DNA of 64,000 bases from an uncultured Pelagibacteraceae bacterium (GCA_902589155.1 CACIRV010000001.1:95815-159814), one strand, 5' to 3'; shown: positions 29,303-39,472, numbered from the stretch's first letter. Translations and numbers: made by a program. The notes: a model not told the origin generated them from the sequence alone.

Positions 29303-30048
29303 ATAAAAAAACAATTATAATAACTGGTGGATTTGGAACCATAGGTTTTGCTTTAAGCACTAGCTTATTGAAGCAAGGACATAGAGTAATAAATGTTGAT
29401 ACAAGAGTAAATAAAACAAATAAATTAAGAGATAATAATGATAATCTTTTTGTTATTAAAGCAAATTTGAATAAAGAAAATGAAATAAAAAAATTAATAA
29501 CTTTATGTGAAAAAAAATTTAAAAAAGTTGATGCATTAGTTCATTGTGCATATCCAAAGACAAAAGATTGGGGAGTACAGTTAAAAAAACTTAAACAAAA
29601 AAGTTTAAATGAAAATTTAAATAATCAGTTGGGTTCTACAATTATCATTAGTAAATATATAATTAATCTTTTTTTAAAACAAAACCATGGCAATTTAATA
29701 TTATTATCTTCAATTATGGGTGTAAATAATCCAAAATTTGAAACTTACAAAGGAACTAAAATGTCAAGCCCGATTGAGTACTCTGCAATAAAATCAGGAA
29801 TTATTTCAATAACAAAATATTTAGCAAAGTATCACGCAAAAAAGAATCTTAAAATTAATTGTGTGAGCCCCGGCGGCATAGAAGATAACTTGCCCAAAAG
29901 ATTTGTAAAAAATTACAAAAAGCAATGTAATTTTAAAGGTTTGTTAGACCCGAAAGATGTGGTGGACGCAATAAATTTTTTGTTGTCAGAAAAATCAAAT
30001 TTTATTTCAGGTCAGAATATTGTGATTGATGACGGGTATTCTTTATAA
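29299..30048 (+). CDS. SDR oxidoreductase (PtmA-like)
   Basis: TGGFGTIG, CAYP, YSAIK, NCVSPGG, GQNIVIDDG. Confidence 0.85.
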   Translation: MNKKTIIITGGFGTIGFALSTSLLKQGHRVINVDTRVNKTNKLRDNNDNLFVIKANLNKENEIKKLITLCEKKFKKVDALVHCAYPKTKDWGVQLKKLKQKSLNENLNNQLGSTIIISKYIINLFLKQNHGNLILLSSIMGVNNPKFETYKGTKMSSPIEYSAIKSGIISITKYLAKYHAKKNLKINCVSPGGIEDNLPKRFVKNYKKQCNFKGLLDPKDVVDAINFLLSEKSNFISGQNIVIDDGYSL

Positions 30049-30065
30049 AAAAATCTCTGTTAAAT

Positions 30066-30971
30066 ATGAAAGGTAAAAAAGTCCTAGTTGTTGGAGGAAC
30101 GGGATTTTTAGGTTTTCATTTAATTAAAAAGTGTCTTAATCTAAGAATGATTATAACGAGTATTTCTAGAAGAAAACCATCTAAATTTCAAAGGTTAGGT
30201 AAAGTTGAATATAAAACTTGTAATATTACTAATTTACAGAAATTAAAAAAATTAATTAATAACGATTATGATTTTATTGTCAATTTAGGAGGAAATATTG
30301 ATCATAGCAATAAAACCAAAACTTATAGTAGTCATTATCTAGGTGTTAAAAATTTATATAATATTTTTAAAAACAAAAAAATTGAAAGATTTGTTCAAGT
30401 AGGAAGCTCATCAGAATATGGAAAAACTTTTGGTGCAGTAAAAGAAAGTAATATTTGTAAGCCAAAAATGATTTATGGTCGATCTAAATTAATGGCAACA
30501 AATTTTTTATTTAAAAAAAATAAATTAGAAAGATTCCCCTTTACTATTTTAAGATTCTTTCAAGTTTATGGACCATTTCAAAAAACAAATAGATTAATAC
30601 CTTTTGTTATTTCTTCATCCCTTAAAAATAAAAACTTTAATTGTTCTGAAGGAAGTCAACTAAGAGATTTTTTATACATTGATGATGCTATCGAATCAAT
30701 TATTAAAAGTTTTAAAAGACAAGAGTCCGAAGGGAAGATTATTAATATTGGATATGGTACATCAGTTAAAGTAAAAAAAATAATACTTATGATTAATACT
30801 TTAATTAAAAAAGGTAATCCTAAATTTGGAAAATTAAGTTTACGAATAGACGAAAGCAAGAATATTTACCCTGATTTAACAATGGCAAGAAAAATATTGG
30901 GATGGAAAAGTAAAACATCAATTAAAAAAGGGTTGGTAAAAACAATTCAATTCTATAAAAAAAATTCTTAA
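30066..30971 (+). CDS. NAD-dependent epimerase/reductase (CDP-dideoxyhexose reductase-like)
   Basis: GGTGFLG, GSSSEYG, YGRSK, YGP, RDFLYID; adjacent to rfbF. Confidence 0.8.
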   Translation: MKGKKVLVVGGTGFLGFHLIKKCLNLRMIITSISRRKPSKFQRLGKVEYKTCNITNLQKLKKLINNDYDFIVNLGGNIDHSNKTKTYSSHYLGVKNLYNIFKNKKIERFVQVGSSSEYGKTFGAVKESNICKPKMIYGRSKLMATNFLFKKNKLERFPFTILRFFQVYGPFQKTNRLIPFVISSSLKNKNFNCSEGSQLRDFLYIDDAIESIIKSFKRQESEGKIINIGYGTSVKVKKIILMINTLIKKGNPKFGKLSLRIDESKNIYPDLTMARKILGWKSKTSIKKGLVKTIQFYKKNS

Positions 30972-30976
30972 AACAT

Positions 30977-31705
30977 ATGAAAGTTATTATTTTAGCTGGT
31001 GGTTTTGGAACTAGGTTATCTGAGTATACAAAACGCATCCCTAAACCTATGGTGAAAATAGCAGGCTACCCAATTATCATTCATATAATTAGACATTATA
31101 TGAAGTATGGCTTGAAAGATTTTTATATAGCAGCTGGTTATAAGAGCAATGAAATAAAAAAATATTTTAAAAATTTTAAAAAAAACGCTGTACCATTCAA
31201 GCAAAAAATTCAAAAAAAAAATTGTACTATTTCAATAATTGATACTGGTCAAAATACTTTAACTGGTGGACGTTTAAAAAGGTTAAAGAAATATTTCAAG
31301 CCTGGAGAAACATTTATGTTTACGTATGGAGATGGATTATGTGATGTAAATTTAAAAAAGTTATTAAAATTTTATAGAAGAAGTAAAAAAATGATCACTG
31401 TTACTGCAGTAAGACCTCCAGCAAGATTTGGTGAAATTCAAATATCAGGAAGTATTGTAAAATCTTTTAAAGAGAAACCACAAACATCCCAAGGCTGGAT
31501 TAATGGTGGTTTTTTTGTGACGGATTATAAGTTTTTTGATTATATTAAAAATGACAAAACAATTTTAGAAAAAAGTCCTTTAGAACAAGCTTGTAAAAAT
31601 AGAAACTTGTCTGCATATAAATTTAAGGGTTTTTGGAAATGTATGGATACTTTAAGAGATAAACAAGTTTTAGAAAAAATAATTAAAAAAAGATTAAAAA
31701 AATGA
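30977..31705 (+). CDS. rfbF: Glucose-1-phosphate cytidylyltransferase
   Basis: LAGGFGTRLSE.T..IPKPM, TGGRLKR, TYGDG, INGGFF, FWKCMDTLRD. Confidence 0.92.
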   Translation: MKVIILAGGFGTRLSEYTKRIPKPMVKIAGYPIIIHIIRHYMKYGLKDFYIAAGYKSNEIKKYFKNFKKNAVPFKQKIQKKNCTISIIDTGQNTLTGGRLKRLKKYFKPGETFMFTYGDGLCDVNLKKLLKFYRRSKKMITVTAVRPPARFGEIQISGSIVKSFKEKPQTSQGWINGGFFVTDYKFFDYIKNDKTILEKSPLEQACKNRNLSAYKFKGFWKCMDTLRDKQVLEKIIKKRLKK

Positions 31706-32460
31706 AAAAACAATTAGATTATAACTTAACTCTTAAAACCTACATATCATTTTTAAAAAAAAATAGTTTATATGATCATAAAAAAATTTTCTTTTATGAA
31801 AATAATATAGAGAAATTAAAAAACTGGACAAATTTAGATTTTAAAAAAAATATTCAATGGTATAAAAAAATAAAAAAAAATAATAAGGCTATAGTTCAAG
31901 ATGTACATCTTGAAGAAATGAAAAAATGGACTTACGATAAAAAAAAAGGAACTATAAGTCATGATAGTGGAGAATTTTTTTGCATTGAAGGAAAAAGAAT
32001 CAGTAATACAAAAAGAGAGGTAAATAGCTGGGATCAGCCGTTTATCAAACAAATTGGGTACAAGGGAGGAATTATTGGGCTGGTAAGATCTACAGTTAAA
32101 GGAGTTCCTCATTATTTAGTTGATGCTAAATTTGAGCCAGGAAATTATAACGATATACAATTAAGTCCATCACTTCAGGCTACGTACTCAAATTTAAATA
32201 GAGTGCATTTAGGAAATAAACCTAAAGTAGCCAATAAATATTTTAAAAAAAACTTTAAAACAATTAGAAAATTTTGGGTTACAGAAGATGGAGGAAGACT
32301 TTTTAAAAAGAGAAACTTACATTGGATTATTCAATATAATGGTAAAATTAATCTTCCAGGACCAACTTATAAATGGCTAACCCTATGGGAGTTAGATAAG
32401 TTTATCAAAATGGGTTATTACGTAGGTCCACATTTAAGATCAATTTTATCATTAATATAG
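31702..32460 (+). CDS. NDP-hexose 2,3-dehydratase family protein (single domain)
   Basis: HDSGEFF.IEG, SWDQP, AKFEPGN, QLSPSLQAT.SN, EDGGRL motifs of EvaA/OleV-type dehydratases. Confidence 0.85.
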   Translation: MKKQLDYNLTLKTYISFLKKNSLYDHKKIFFYENNIEKLKNWTNLDFKKNIQWYKKIKKNNKAIVQDVHLEEMKKWTYDKKKGTISHDSGEFFCIEGKRISNTKREVNSWDQPFIKQIGYKGGIIGLVRSTVKGVPHYLVDAKFEPGNYNDIQLSPSLQATYSNLNRVHLGNKPKVANKYFKKNFKTIRKFWVTEDGGRLFKKRNLHWIIQYNGKINLPGPTYKWLTLWELDKFIKMGYYVGPHLRSILSLI

Positions 32461-32464
32461 AGTC

Positions 32465-33391
32465 ATGAAAAAGAAAAGTATTGGTGTTATCGGAGCAGGA
32501 AAACATTTTATGGAAAAGATTTTTCCTGTTATGTCTAATTCTAATTTTTATAAAATTAATGGAATTTTAAGGAAAAATAATAAGCCTTTTAAAAACATAC
32601 CTATTTTCAAAGAGAATGAATTTTTTCAACAGCCATTTGATTTTGTTTATATTTGCTGCCCAAATAATTTTCATGAGAAATACATATTAAAATCTCTTAA
32701 TTCAAATTTTCATGTTATTTGTGAAAAACCATTCATCATTAAAAATAAAAACTTAAACAAAATCCTTAAACTAGCGCATTATAAAAATAAACTTATCTTT
32801 GAATGCTTCATGTATACTTATCATCCTGTATTTGAATATTTAAAAAAGATAATTCAATCTAAAAGATATGGTAAAATTAACTATGTAATTTCCAATTTTA
32901 GATATCCATCGTTAAAAAAAACAGATAATAGATATAAAACAAATGAAGGAAAGGGTTTTTTTAATGACGCTGCTTCATATCTTGTTTCTCTTGAAAGCTA
33001 TTTGTTCAATAGTTCTAAAATTAATTTTAAAAAGATTATAAAAAAAATAAAGAAAAAAATTGATTTAAGAGGGTACATTTTTTTAGAAAAAGATAAAAAA
33101 TCAAGACATTATTTTTGGGGTGAAGGACAAAATTATTCAAATAACATTGAGATTTTTTTTGATGATGCAACTATACACATTGACAAATTTTTTAGTAAAG
33201 CTAAAAGTGACCCAATTTACTTAAAAATTTATTCACAAAATATAAAGATAATTAAATTTAAACCAGTAGATCAATTTAAATTAATGTTTGATAAAATTAA
33301 AAAAAACTATCAAAAAAAACAATTCAAAATTTTGAATTATAATCTTATTAAAAATCAAATGAATTTATTTAGCAAGCTTAACAGACAATAA
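32465..33391 (+). CDS. Gfo/Idh/MocA oxidoreductase (candidate NDP-hexose 3-ketoreductase)
   Basis: GAG, PNNFH, CEKP, FMYTYHP; directly after the 2,3-dehydratase. Confidence 0.75.
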   Translation: MKKKSIGVIGAGKHFMEKIFPVMSNSNFYKINGILRKNNKPFKNIPIFKENEFFQQPFDFVYICCPNNFHEKYILKSLNSNFHVICEKPFIIKNKNLNKILKLAHYKNKLIFECFMYTYHPVFEYLKKIIQSKRYGKINYVISNFRYPSLKKTDNRYKTNEGKGFFNDAASYLVSLESYLFNSSKINFKKIIKKIKKKIDLRGYIFLEKDKKSRHYFWGEGQNYSNNIEIFFDDATIHIDKFFSKAKSDPIYLKIYSQNIKIIKFKPVDQFKLMFDKIKKNYQKKQFKILNYNLIKNQMNLFSKLNRQ

Positions 33392-34539
33392 TGAGAACTA
33401 TTAAATTTAGCACACCTCTCCAAGACAAGAAGTATTTTGATAATGTAAAAAGATTACTTGATTCTAAAAAATCTTTACATGGACCAGGAGAAAATATTTT
33501 TAAAATTAAAAAGGAATTAAAAAAGCAATTTGGTTTTGAGCATGTTCATTTAACTAATAGTTGTACAGCTGCTATGGAGATATGCGCTTTAATGTTAAGC
33601 TTAAAAAAAAATGATGAAGTTTTAATGCCTTCATATAACTATAATACTACTGCTTCAAGTTTCGTAAGAACAGGATGCAAAATAAGGTATTGTGATATAA
33701 AAAAAGAAAATTTGCTGCCCTCATTTGATGACTTTAGAAAAAATGTTAATAAGAATACCAAAGTAATTATTGTAATTCACATGCAAGGTTTATGCGTTGA
33801 TTATTTGGATAAACTAAAAAAATTTTGCTTAAAAAAGAAAATTATTTTAATAGAAGATGCAGCACCAGCACTCGGCACTTATTTAAAGGGCAAATCAGTT
33901 GGTAGCTATGGAGATTTTGCTACATTTTCTTTTCATGAAACAAAAAACTATCAAAGTGGTATAGGCGGCTTACTAGTAGTTAATAATAAAAAATTTAGAA
34001 AAAAATCAGATTTAGTTTTTGATAAAGGCACTGACAGGACTTATGTTGTTTCAGATCCTAATTACCATAAAAAATACTACTCTTGGGTTGAACTAGGATC
34101 TTGTTTTAGACTTCCAGAGTTAAATGCTAGTTATTTACAGCCTCAAATAAAAGATATTAATAAAGTAATAGATTATAGAGAGAGATTATTTAAGAGATAT
34201 TATGAAAATTTTTTTAATTGGTTAAAAGATGAATTTATAATTTGCAATAAGTATAAACACAAAGATAAATATAATTATCATGCATTTACGATTATTCTAA
34301 AAAAAAAGGAAAGAGAAAAATTCTTAAAATACCTTAAAAATCAAAAAATAATTGCCTTCATAAGTTTTGAGGCTTTACATTTATCAAAAATGGGAAAAAA
34401 GTGGCTTACAAAAAATACAAAACTAAAAAATACTAATGAGATAATAAAAAAAATTGTAAGATTACCCATGCATAATAAATTATCAATACAAGAAGTAGAT
34501 TACATTTCTAAAAAAGTTAAAGATTACTTTAAAAAATAG
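33391..34539 (+). CDS. DegT-family 4-aminotransferase (WecE/RffA-like)
   Basis: TNSCTAAME, EDAA, FSFHETKN, KGTDR, RLPM. Confidence 0.85.
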   Translation: MRTIKFSTPLQDKKYFDNVKRLLDSKKSLHGPGENIFKIKKELKKQFGFEHVHLTNSCTAAMEICALMLSLKKNDEVLMPSYNYNTTASSFVRTGCKIRYCDIKKENLLPSFDDFRKNVNKNTKVIIVIHMQGLCVDYLDKLKKFCLKKKIILIEDAAPALGTYLKGKSVGSYGDFATFSFHETKNYQSGIGGLLVVNNKKFRKKSDLVFDKGTDRTYVVSDPNYHKKYYSWVELGSCFRLPELNASYLQPQIKDINKVIDYRERLFKRYYENFFNWLKDEFIICNKYKHKDKYNYHAFTIILKKKEREKFLKYLKNQKIIAFISFEALHLSKMGKKWLTKNTKLKNTNEIIKKIVRLPMHNKLSIQEVDYISKKVKDYFKK

Positions 34540-34554
34540 TTCAGTTTAAAATCG

Positions 34555-35820
34555 ATGAGATTTCTTTTGGTCGCTTATAATGACTCTGATGGAGTTGGTC
34601 AAACTGCTGTTAATTTAAATTCAACTTTAATCAACTTGGGCTATAAATCTAAACTAATTTTATTAGATAAAACTGTTAATTCAAAAGATATATTTAAGAT
34701 AAAAAGATCTTTTATTAAAAGGGCATTCTTTTATTTTTTTGAATTTTTAAAAAAAAGATATTCAGATCTGTTTTCTTTTGGAAATAGTACCGTTAATTTT
34801 AAAGATATAGACAAGTATGCGAATGAAGCAGATATTATAATAGTTTATACTTTACATAAAATTCTAAACTTAAATATGTTGGCAAAATTATATGACCAAA
34901 AAAAGATAGTTTATCTTCGACCTTTAGATATGGAATTAGCGACTGGAGGGTGTCATGTAAATTTCCTTTATGAAAGTGGCGATGAATGTAAGAAGTATGT
35001 TACAGGATGTGGTAAATGTCCAAAACTTAACAAATTAAACCTATTTGATCTATCAAAAAAAATTTTTAAAGATAAAAAAAAATTTATGGATAAATATAAG
35101 CCAACTATTTTGTTAGAAAATAAATTTACAAAAAAATTTTATGATAATTCCCCGATATCTAAAAATGGAAAAAATGAGGTCGTATATTTAACAGTTAGAG
35201 AGAGTCGTAAAAAAATAATTGATAAAAAAGAAGCTAGGGATATGTTTCAATTGGGCGACGAAGAAAAAATATTGCTTTTTGGTACTTACAATTTTGATGC
35301 GCCTCATAAAGGTGGAAGAATACTAGGAGAAATATTAAATTTATTTGTAGATTATTGTAATCAAAAAAACAGCAATCTTCTTAAAAAAAATAAGGTTAAA
35401 CTAGTTACTTTTGGAAGAAAACAAAGTTTTGAATTAAAAGCTTCTCAAATTTCTTGGCTTCATTTAAATGAAATTAAAAGTGACAAAGAACTTAACGCTC
35501 TTTATAGATCGGCCGATGTATTTTTATCACCATCTACAGGCTGCAATGCACCTTCAACTATACGAGAGTCAATAGTTAATAATATTCCAACGATTGCATT
35601 TGATAATGGTGAAGCAAGCGAAGCAATTGTAAACAAAGTGAATGGTTTTCTTATATCAAAATTTGATAAGAAAAAATTTGCTGCAGCAATATTTGACACT
35701 ATATTTGATAAAAATTTAAACGATAATAAAGAATGGAATAACTTTTTAAAATTACGTTATAGTTCAAAAACTGAAGCAGAAATGATTATAAATAAAGCAT
35801 TAAGCGATTTTAAAAAATGA
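34555..35820 (+). CDS. GT-B glycosyltransferase (GT4/WcaC-like) with Cys cluster
   Basis: TGGCH...C..Y..GCGKCP, LYRSADVFLSPS, E...P.IAFD.G, NGFL. Confidence 0.8.
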   Translation: MRFLLVAYNDSDGVGQTAVNLNSTLINLGYKSKLILLDKTVNSKDIFKIKRSFIKRAFFYFFEFLKKRYSDLFSFGNSTVNFKDIDKYANEADIIIVYTLHKILNLNMLAKLYDQKKIVYLRPLDMELATGGCHVNFLYESGDECKKYVTGCGKCPKLNKLNLFDLSKKIFKDKKKFMDKYKPTILLENKFTKKFYDNSPISKNGKNEVVYLTVRESRKKIIDKKEARDMFQLGDEEKILLFGTYNFDAPHKGGRILGEILNLFVDYCNQKNSNLLKKNKVKLVTFGRKQSFELKASQISWLHLNEIKSDKELNALYRSADVFLSPSTGCNAPSTIRESIVNNIPTIAFDNGEASEAIVNKVNGFLISKFDKKKFAAAIFDTIFDKNLNDNKEWNNFLKLRYSSKTEAEMIINKALSDFKK

Positions 35821-36896
35821 AAACAAAGAGAATTAAAAGTTATTTCAAAGGAAAAAAAATTTTAATTACAGGACATACTGGCTTTAAAGGTTCATGGCTA
35901 TCACTATGGATGTATCTTAGTGGAGCCAAAGTATTAGGAATCTCTGACTCTATACCTACCAAACCATCTCATTTTGAATTGCTAAAACTTAATAGAAAAA
36001 TATCTTCTACAATCATAGATATAACTGATTTAACAAAACTAAAAAAAGTTTTTATTAAATTCAATCCTGATTATGTGTTTCATTTAGCAGCTCAAGCCAT
36101 AGTTAAAACTTCTTACTCTCAACCCGTAAAAACATGGAAAACAAATTTAATTGGAACAGTAAATATTCTTGAATGCTTGAGGACAGTAAAAAAGAAGACA
36201 GTAGCAGTTATGATTACTAGTGATAAAGCTTATCAAAATTTAGAAGTTAAAAGAGGTTATAAAGAAAAAGATATTTTAAAAGGAATAGATCCTTATGGAG
36301 CATCTAAATCATCAGCAGATATAGCTATTAACTCTTATTATCATTCTTTTTTTTCAAAGCAAAAAGGCAAAGTTTTAATTGCAACAGCGAGAGCAGGAAA
36401 CGTAATTGGTGGAGGAGACTGGTCTACTGATAGAATTATCCCTGACTGCATAAAATCTTGGTCTAAAAACAAAAAAGTTATTATAAGAAGTCCAAACTCA
36501 ACAAGACCTTGGCAACATGTTTTAGATATAATTTATGGATATGTTAAACTAGCGATAAAACTAGAACAAAATCCAAAACTTCATGGAGAGGCTTTTAATT
36601 TTGGTCCTGACAAAAAAAATTTTAGGGTAATAGACATACTTAATAAAATGAGATTGTATTGGCCTAAAATTAATTGGATTATAGTAAAACAAAAAAAATT
36701 TAAAGAGAATACTCTTTTACATTTAAACAGTAATAAATCAAAAAAATCTCTTAAATGGAAAACAGTTTTGAATTTCAGTAATTCTGTAAAATTTACTATT
36801 GAATGGTATAAATATTATCTAAAAAATAAGAAAAATATTTATTATTATTCTACGAAACAAATTTCTAAGTATTTAGCAATTCTTGAAAAAAATTAA
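35817..36896 (+). CDS. rfbG: CDP-glucose 4,6-dehydratase
   Basis: ITGHTGFKGSWL, HLAAQ, TSDK, DPYGASK, RAGNVIGGGDW, RPWQHVL. Confidence 0.93.
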   Translation: MKTKRIKSYFKGKKILITGHTGFKGSWLSLWMYLSGAKVLGISDSIPTKPSHFELLKLNRKISSTIIDITDLTKLKKVFIKFNPDYVFHLAAQAIVKTSYSQPVKTWKTNLIGTVNILECLRTVKKKTVAVMITSDKAYQNLEVKRGYKEKDILKGIDPYGASKSSADIAINSYYHSFFSKQKGKVLIATARAGNVIGGGDWSTDRIIPDCIKSWSKNKKVIIRSPNSTRPWQHVLDIIYGYVKLAIKLEQNPKLHGEAFNFGPDKKNFRVIDILNKMRLYWPKINWIIVKQKKFKENTLLHLNSNKSKKSLKWKTVLNFSNSVKFTIEWYKYYLKNKKNIYYYSTKQISKYLAILEKN

Positions 36897-36907
36897 TTAA
36901 TTAGTTA

Positions 36908-37696
36908 ATGCTTAAAAAAAATCCTCTGGTTAGTGTAATTATGAATTGTCATAATGGAGAAAAATACCTTAAAGAGAGCATTAAAAGTCTGATTTCTCAA
37001 ACATACAAAAATTGGGAATTAATTTTTTGGGATAATAAATCTTTTGATAACAGTAAAAAAATTGTTAAAAAATTTAAGGACAAAAGAATTAAATATTTTA
37101 AATCTGCAAAATTTCGAAATCTTTATCATTCTAGGAATTTAGCCATAAAAAAAGCAAAAGGACAATATGTAGGATTTTTAGATGTAGATGATCTATGGGA
37201 GAGGGCTAAACTAAAAAAACAGATAAAATATTTTTTAGAAAATCAAAACACAAAGATTATTTATTCTAACTTCTTTCTTATAAATCAGTTGAAAAAAAAA
37301 AAAAATATAGGATATAAGAAATTATTGCCAACGGGCTTTGTTACACAGAAAATCTTAAATAATTATTCAGTAGGACTAGTAACGACCATGTTAGAGAAGA
37401 ATATTTTTAAGAAATATAGATTTAACAGCAAATATAATATTATTGGAGATTTTGATTTTTTTATTAAAATCAGTCAAAAATATAAATTTGGTTGCATTCA
37501 ATCTCCTCTTGCATCGTATAGAGTGCATGATTCTAATTTATCTGGAAAAAAAATTAAACTACATATTAAAGAATTGAAATATTGGCTAAATATTAACAAG
37601 AGAAGATTAAAAAATTTATCTTTTAATACAAATTCAATTAATAAAACATTAATAAAACTTAGAATAAAATATTATCTTCAATATCTGGGCGTGTAG
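36908..37696 (+). CDS. GT2 glycosyltransferase; last codons and stop lie inside tRNA-Val
   Basis: PLVSVIMNCHNGE, WDNKS, FLDVDD, GDFD; TAG at 37694-37696. Confidence 0.9.
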   Translation: MLKKNPLVSVIMNCHNGEKYLKESIKSLISQTYKNWELIFWDNKSFDNSKKIVKKFKDKRIKYFKSAKFRNLYHSRNLAIKKAKGQYVGFLDVDDLWERAKLKKQIKYFLENQNTKIIYSNFFLINQLKKKKNIGYKKLLPTGFVTQKILNNYSVGLVTTMLEKNIFKKYRFNSKYNIIGDFDFFIKISQKYKFGCIQSPLASYRVHDSNLSGKKIKLHIKELKYWLNINKRRLKNLSFNTNSINKTLIKLRIKYYLQYLGV

Positions 37697-37761
37697 TTCA
37701 GTGGTAGAACGCTACGTTGACATCGTAGAGGTCATAAGTTCAATTCTTGTCACGCCCACCA
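37687..37761 (+). tRNA. tRNA-Val(GAC)
   Basis: GGGCGTG/CACGCCC acceptor stem, anticodon arm CTACG-TTGACAT-CGTAG, GTTCAATTC T arm, encoded CCA. Confidence 0.97.
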
Positions 37762-37789
37762 AATAAAAACTATCAAATCTTAAAAATAT

Positions 37790-39118
37790 TTAAATAAATT
37801 TTTTTTTAGAATTAAATATTTGTAATTGTAACAGTAAAATTATTAATGTAATCATCATATAAGTTGCGTTAGAAGTCGTAAAGAAACTTCCAGAAGACTT
37901 AAGTGGGAAAAAAAATATCAAAAAATTAATAAAAGCTACTATTAAAATATCAAACTTTTTATGATTTACTTTCTCAGTATTTTTTTTAAAAAAATGAATT
38001 ACTTTTATAAATAGTATAATTAAATAAGCAATTAATATTATTAAACCTAACAAACCAGTGCTAACCAAGACATCCAAATAATAATTATGTGGGTGTGTTG
38101 TTGCTCTTGTTAATTTTTTTTCACGGGATTTATTATAAAAATTCTTATAACCTATGCCTAAAATCTTACTATCCCCCCATATATAAAAAGCATGAGCAAA
38201 TAAAGAAGAGTGACCACTGCCTCTCTCAAAATTTTCTGCTTTATTTGAATCTGCTTTTACTTCTTCCCAAAGTTTTTCGTCTTTCATTATTTTATAACTC
38301 TCAAAAGTTCTAGACACAATAATTTTAGAATTATTAAAAAAACTTCCGTAACTTTCGATTATTTCTTTTGACGAAAAATTATTTATGAATAATCCTAAAA
38401 TTGCGAATGAAAGTAAGATAGGTAGTAGTTTCGATTTATAATAAATAATTCCATAAATTGTTAAAAAAAATATCCAAATTATCATAGGCATTCTTTGAAA
38501 ACTTACAAAAATTGCAATACTAACTAATGATATTAGAAATGATTTCAAAACTATACTATAAAAGTTGTTTTTGTTAAATTTAGAAAAGATTATAAAGGCT
38601 AAATAAAATCCAAAATTTTGAATAAATGAACCGGCTATTTTTTCATCTTGAAAAAAACTTGTTGCCACTTCTTTTTGGATAGTTCCAAATTTATGTATTT
38701 TTAATCCAATCATATTGTATCCCGAAAAATGTTGAAAAATTAAATCAAGACAAACAATCGCGGTAATAATAGCGTAGAAATAAAATATTTTATCTAAATC
38801 AAAAACTTTTTCTTTAAGAAGATTAAAACAAATGAAATAAAATAATAAAAATCGCAAGTATAAAAAAGCTTTTGAAATATTAATCTGGTTAAAAATTGAG
38901 GCTAGGATTAAAGTAATACAAAAGCAAAAAAATATTAATATTAAGGGGTCATAGTTAATTTTAGTATTTTTTTTTATTAAAAAAATAGATCCAAAAATAA
39001 TAATTAGCAAAAGATTAAGATTAATTAGCAAGTTTCCTGCCACAAATGACAAAGGAAAAAAAATAAACAACCAATTTATGATTAAAGATAATTGCCTCAA
39101 ATTTATTTTAAAAAGCAT
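37790..39118 (-). CDS. O-antigen ligase / Wzy_C-family membrane protein
   Basis: About 12 hydrophobic segments; R.SGH, GIG..NF, HPHNYYL motif. Confidence 0.8.
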   Translation of the reverse strand: MLFKINLRQLSLIINWLFIFFPLSFVAGNLLINLNLLLIIIFGSIFLIKKNTKINYDPLILIFFCFCITLILASIFNQINISKAFLYLRFLLFYFICFNLLKEKVFDLDKIFYFYAIITAIVCLDLIFQHFSGYNMIGLKIHKFGTIQKEVATSFFQDEKIAGSFIQNFGFYLAFIIFSKFNKNNFYSIVLKSFLISLVSIAIFVSFQRMPMIIWIFFLTIYGIIYYKSKLLPILLSFAILGLFINNFSSKEIIESYGSFFNNSKIIVSRTFESYKIMKDEKLWEEVKADSNKAENFERGSGHSSLFAHAFYIWGDSKILGIGYKNFYNKSREKKLTRATTHPHNYYLDVLVSTGLLGLIILIAYLIILFIKVIHFFKKNTEKVNHKKFDILIVAFINFLIFFFPLKSSGSFFTTSNATYMMITLIILLLQLQIFNSKKKFI

Positions 39119-39183
39119 ATATAATACTTAAATTATGCGGAAAATTTTGCAATATAATAGGTATAAATTAAGAAAATTTTTTA

Positions 39184-39212
39184 TTTACAAAAATTATTAT
39201 AAATACTATAAA
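39184..39212 (+). promoter_or_regulatory. Candidate sigma70 promoter for 5S rRNA-rpmJ
   Basis: TTTACA (39184-39189), 17-nt spacer, TATAAA (39207-39212); weak evidence given the AT-rich background. Confidence 0.45.
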
Positions 39213-39217
39213 TCCTT

Positions 39218-39333
<116 letters not shown>

Positions 39334-39346
39334 TAATAAATAAATT

Positions 39347-39472
39347 ATGAAAATAGCAAGCTCACTCAAATCACTTAAAAAAAGAGATCTTAACTCTAAA
39401 TTAGTTAAACGTAGAGGCAAGCTTTACGTTATAAATAAAAAAAACCCAAGATTTAAAGCTCGACAAGGTTAA
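39347..39472 (+). CDS. rpmJ: 50S ribosomal protein L36, Cys-free type (not in ORF track)
   Basis: [41 protein letters not shown]. Confidence 0.95.
   Translation: MKIASSLKSLKKRDLNSKLVKRRGKLYVINKKNPRFKARQG

Larger units (their letters stand above)
1..37686 (+). other. Surface polysaccharide / O-chain biosynthesis island (SAR11 HVR2-like); left edge outside window
   Basis: About 35 consecutive + strand sugar-biosynthesis, transfer and export genes with tiny gaps or overlapping stop/start codons; ends at tRNA-Val, just upstream of an isolated 5S rRNA. Confidence 0.9.

Noticed and set aside
37687-37761. tRNA-Val as an integrase attachment site for a mobile element
   Set aside because: No integrase, transposase or duplicated tRNA end is visible in the window; homologous replacement is the simpler model
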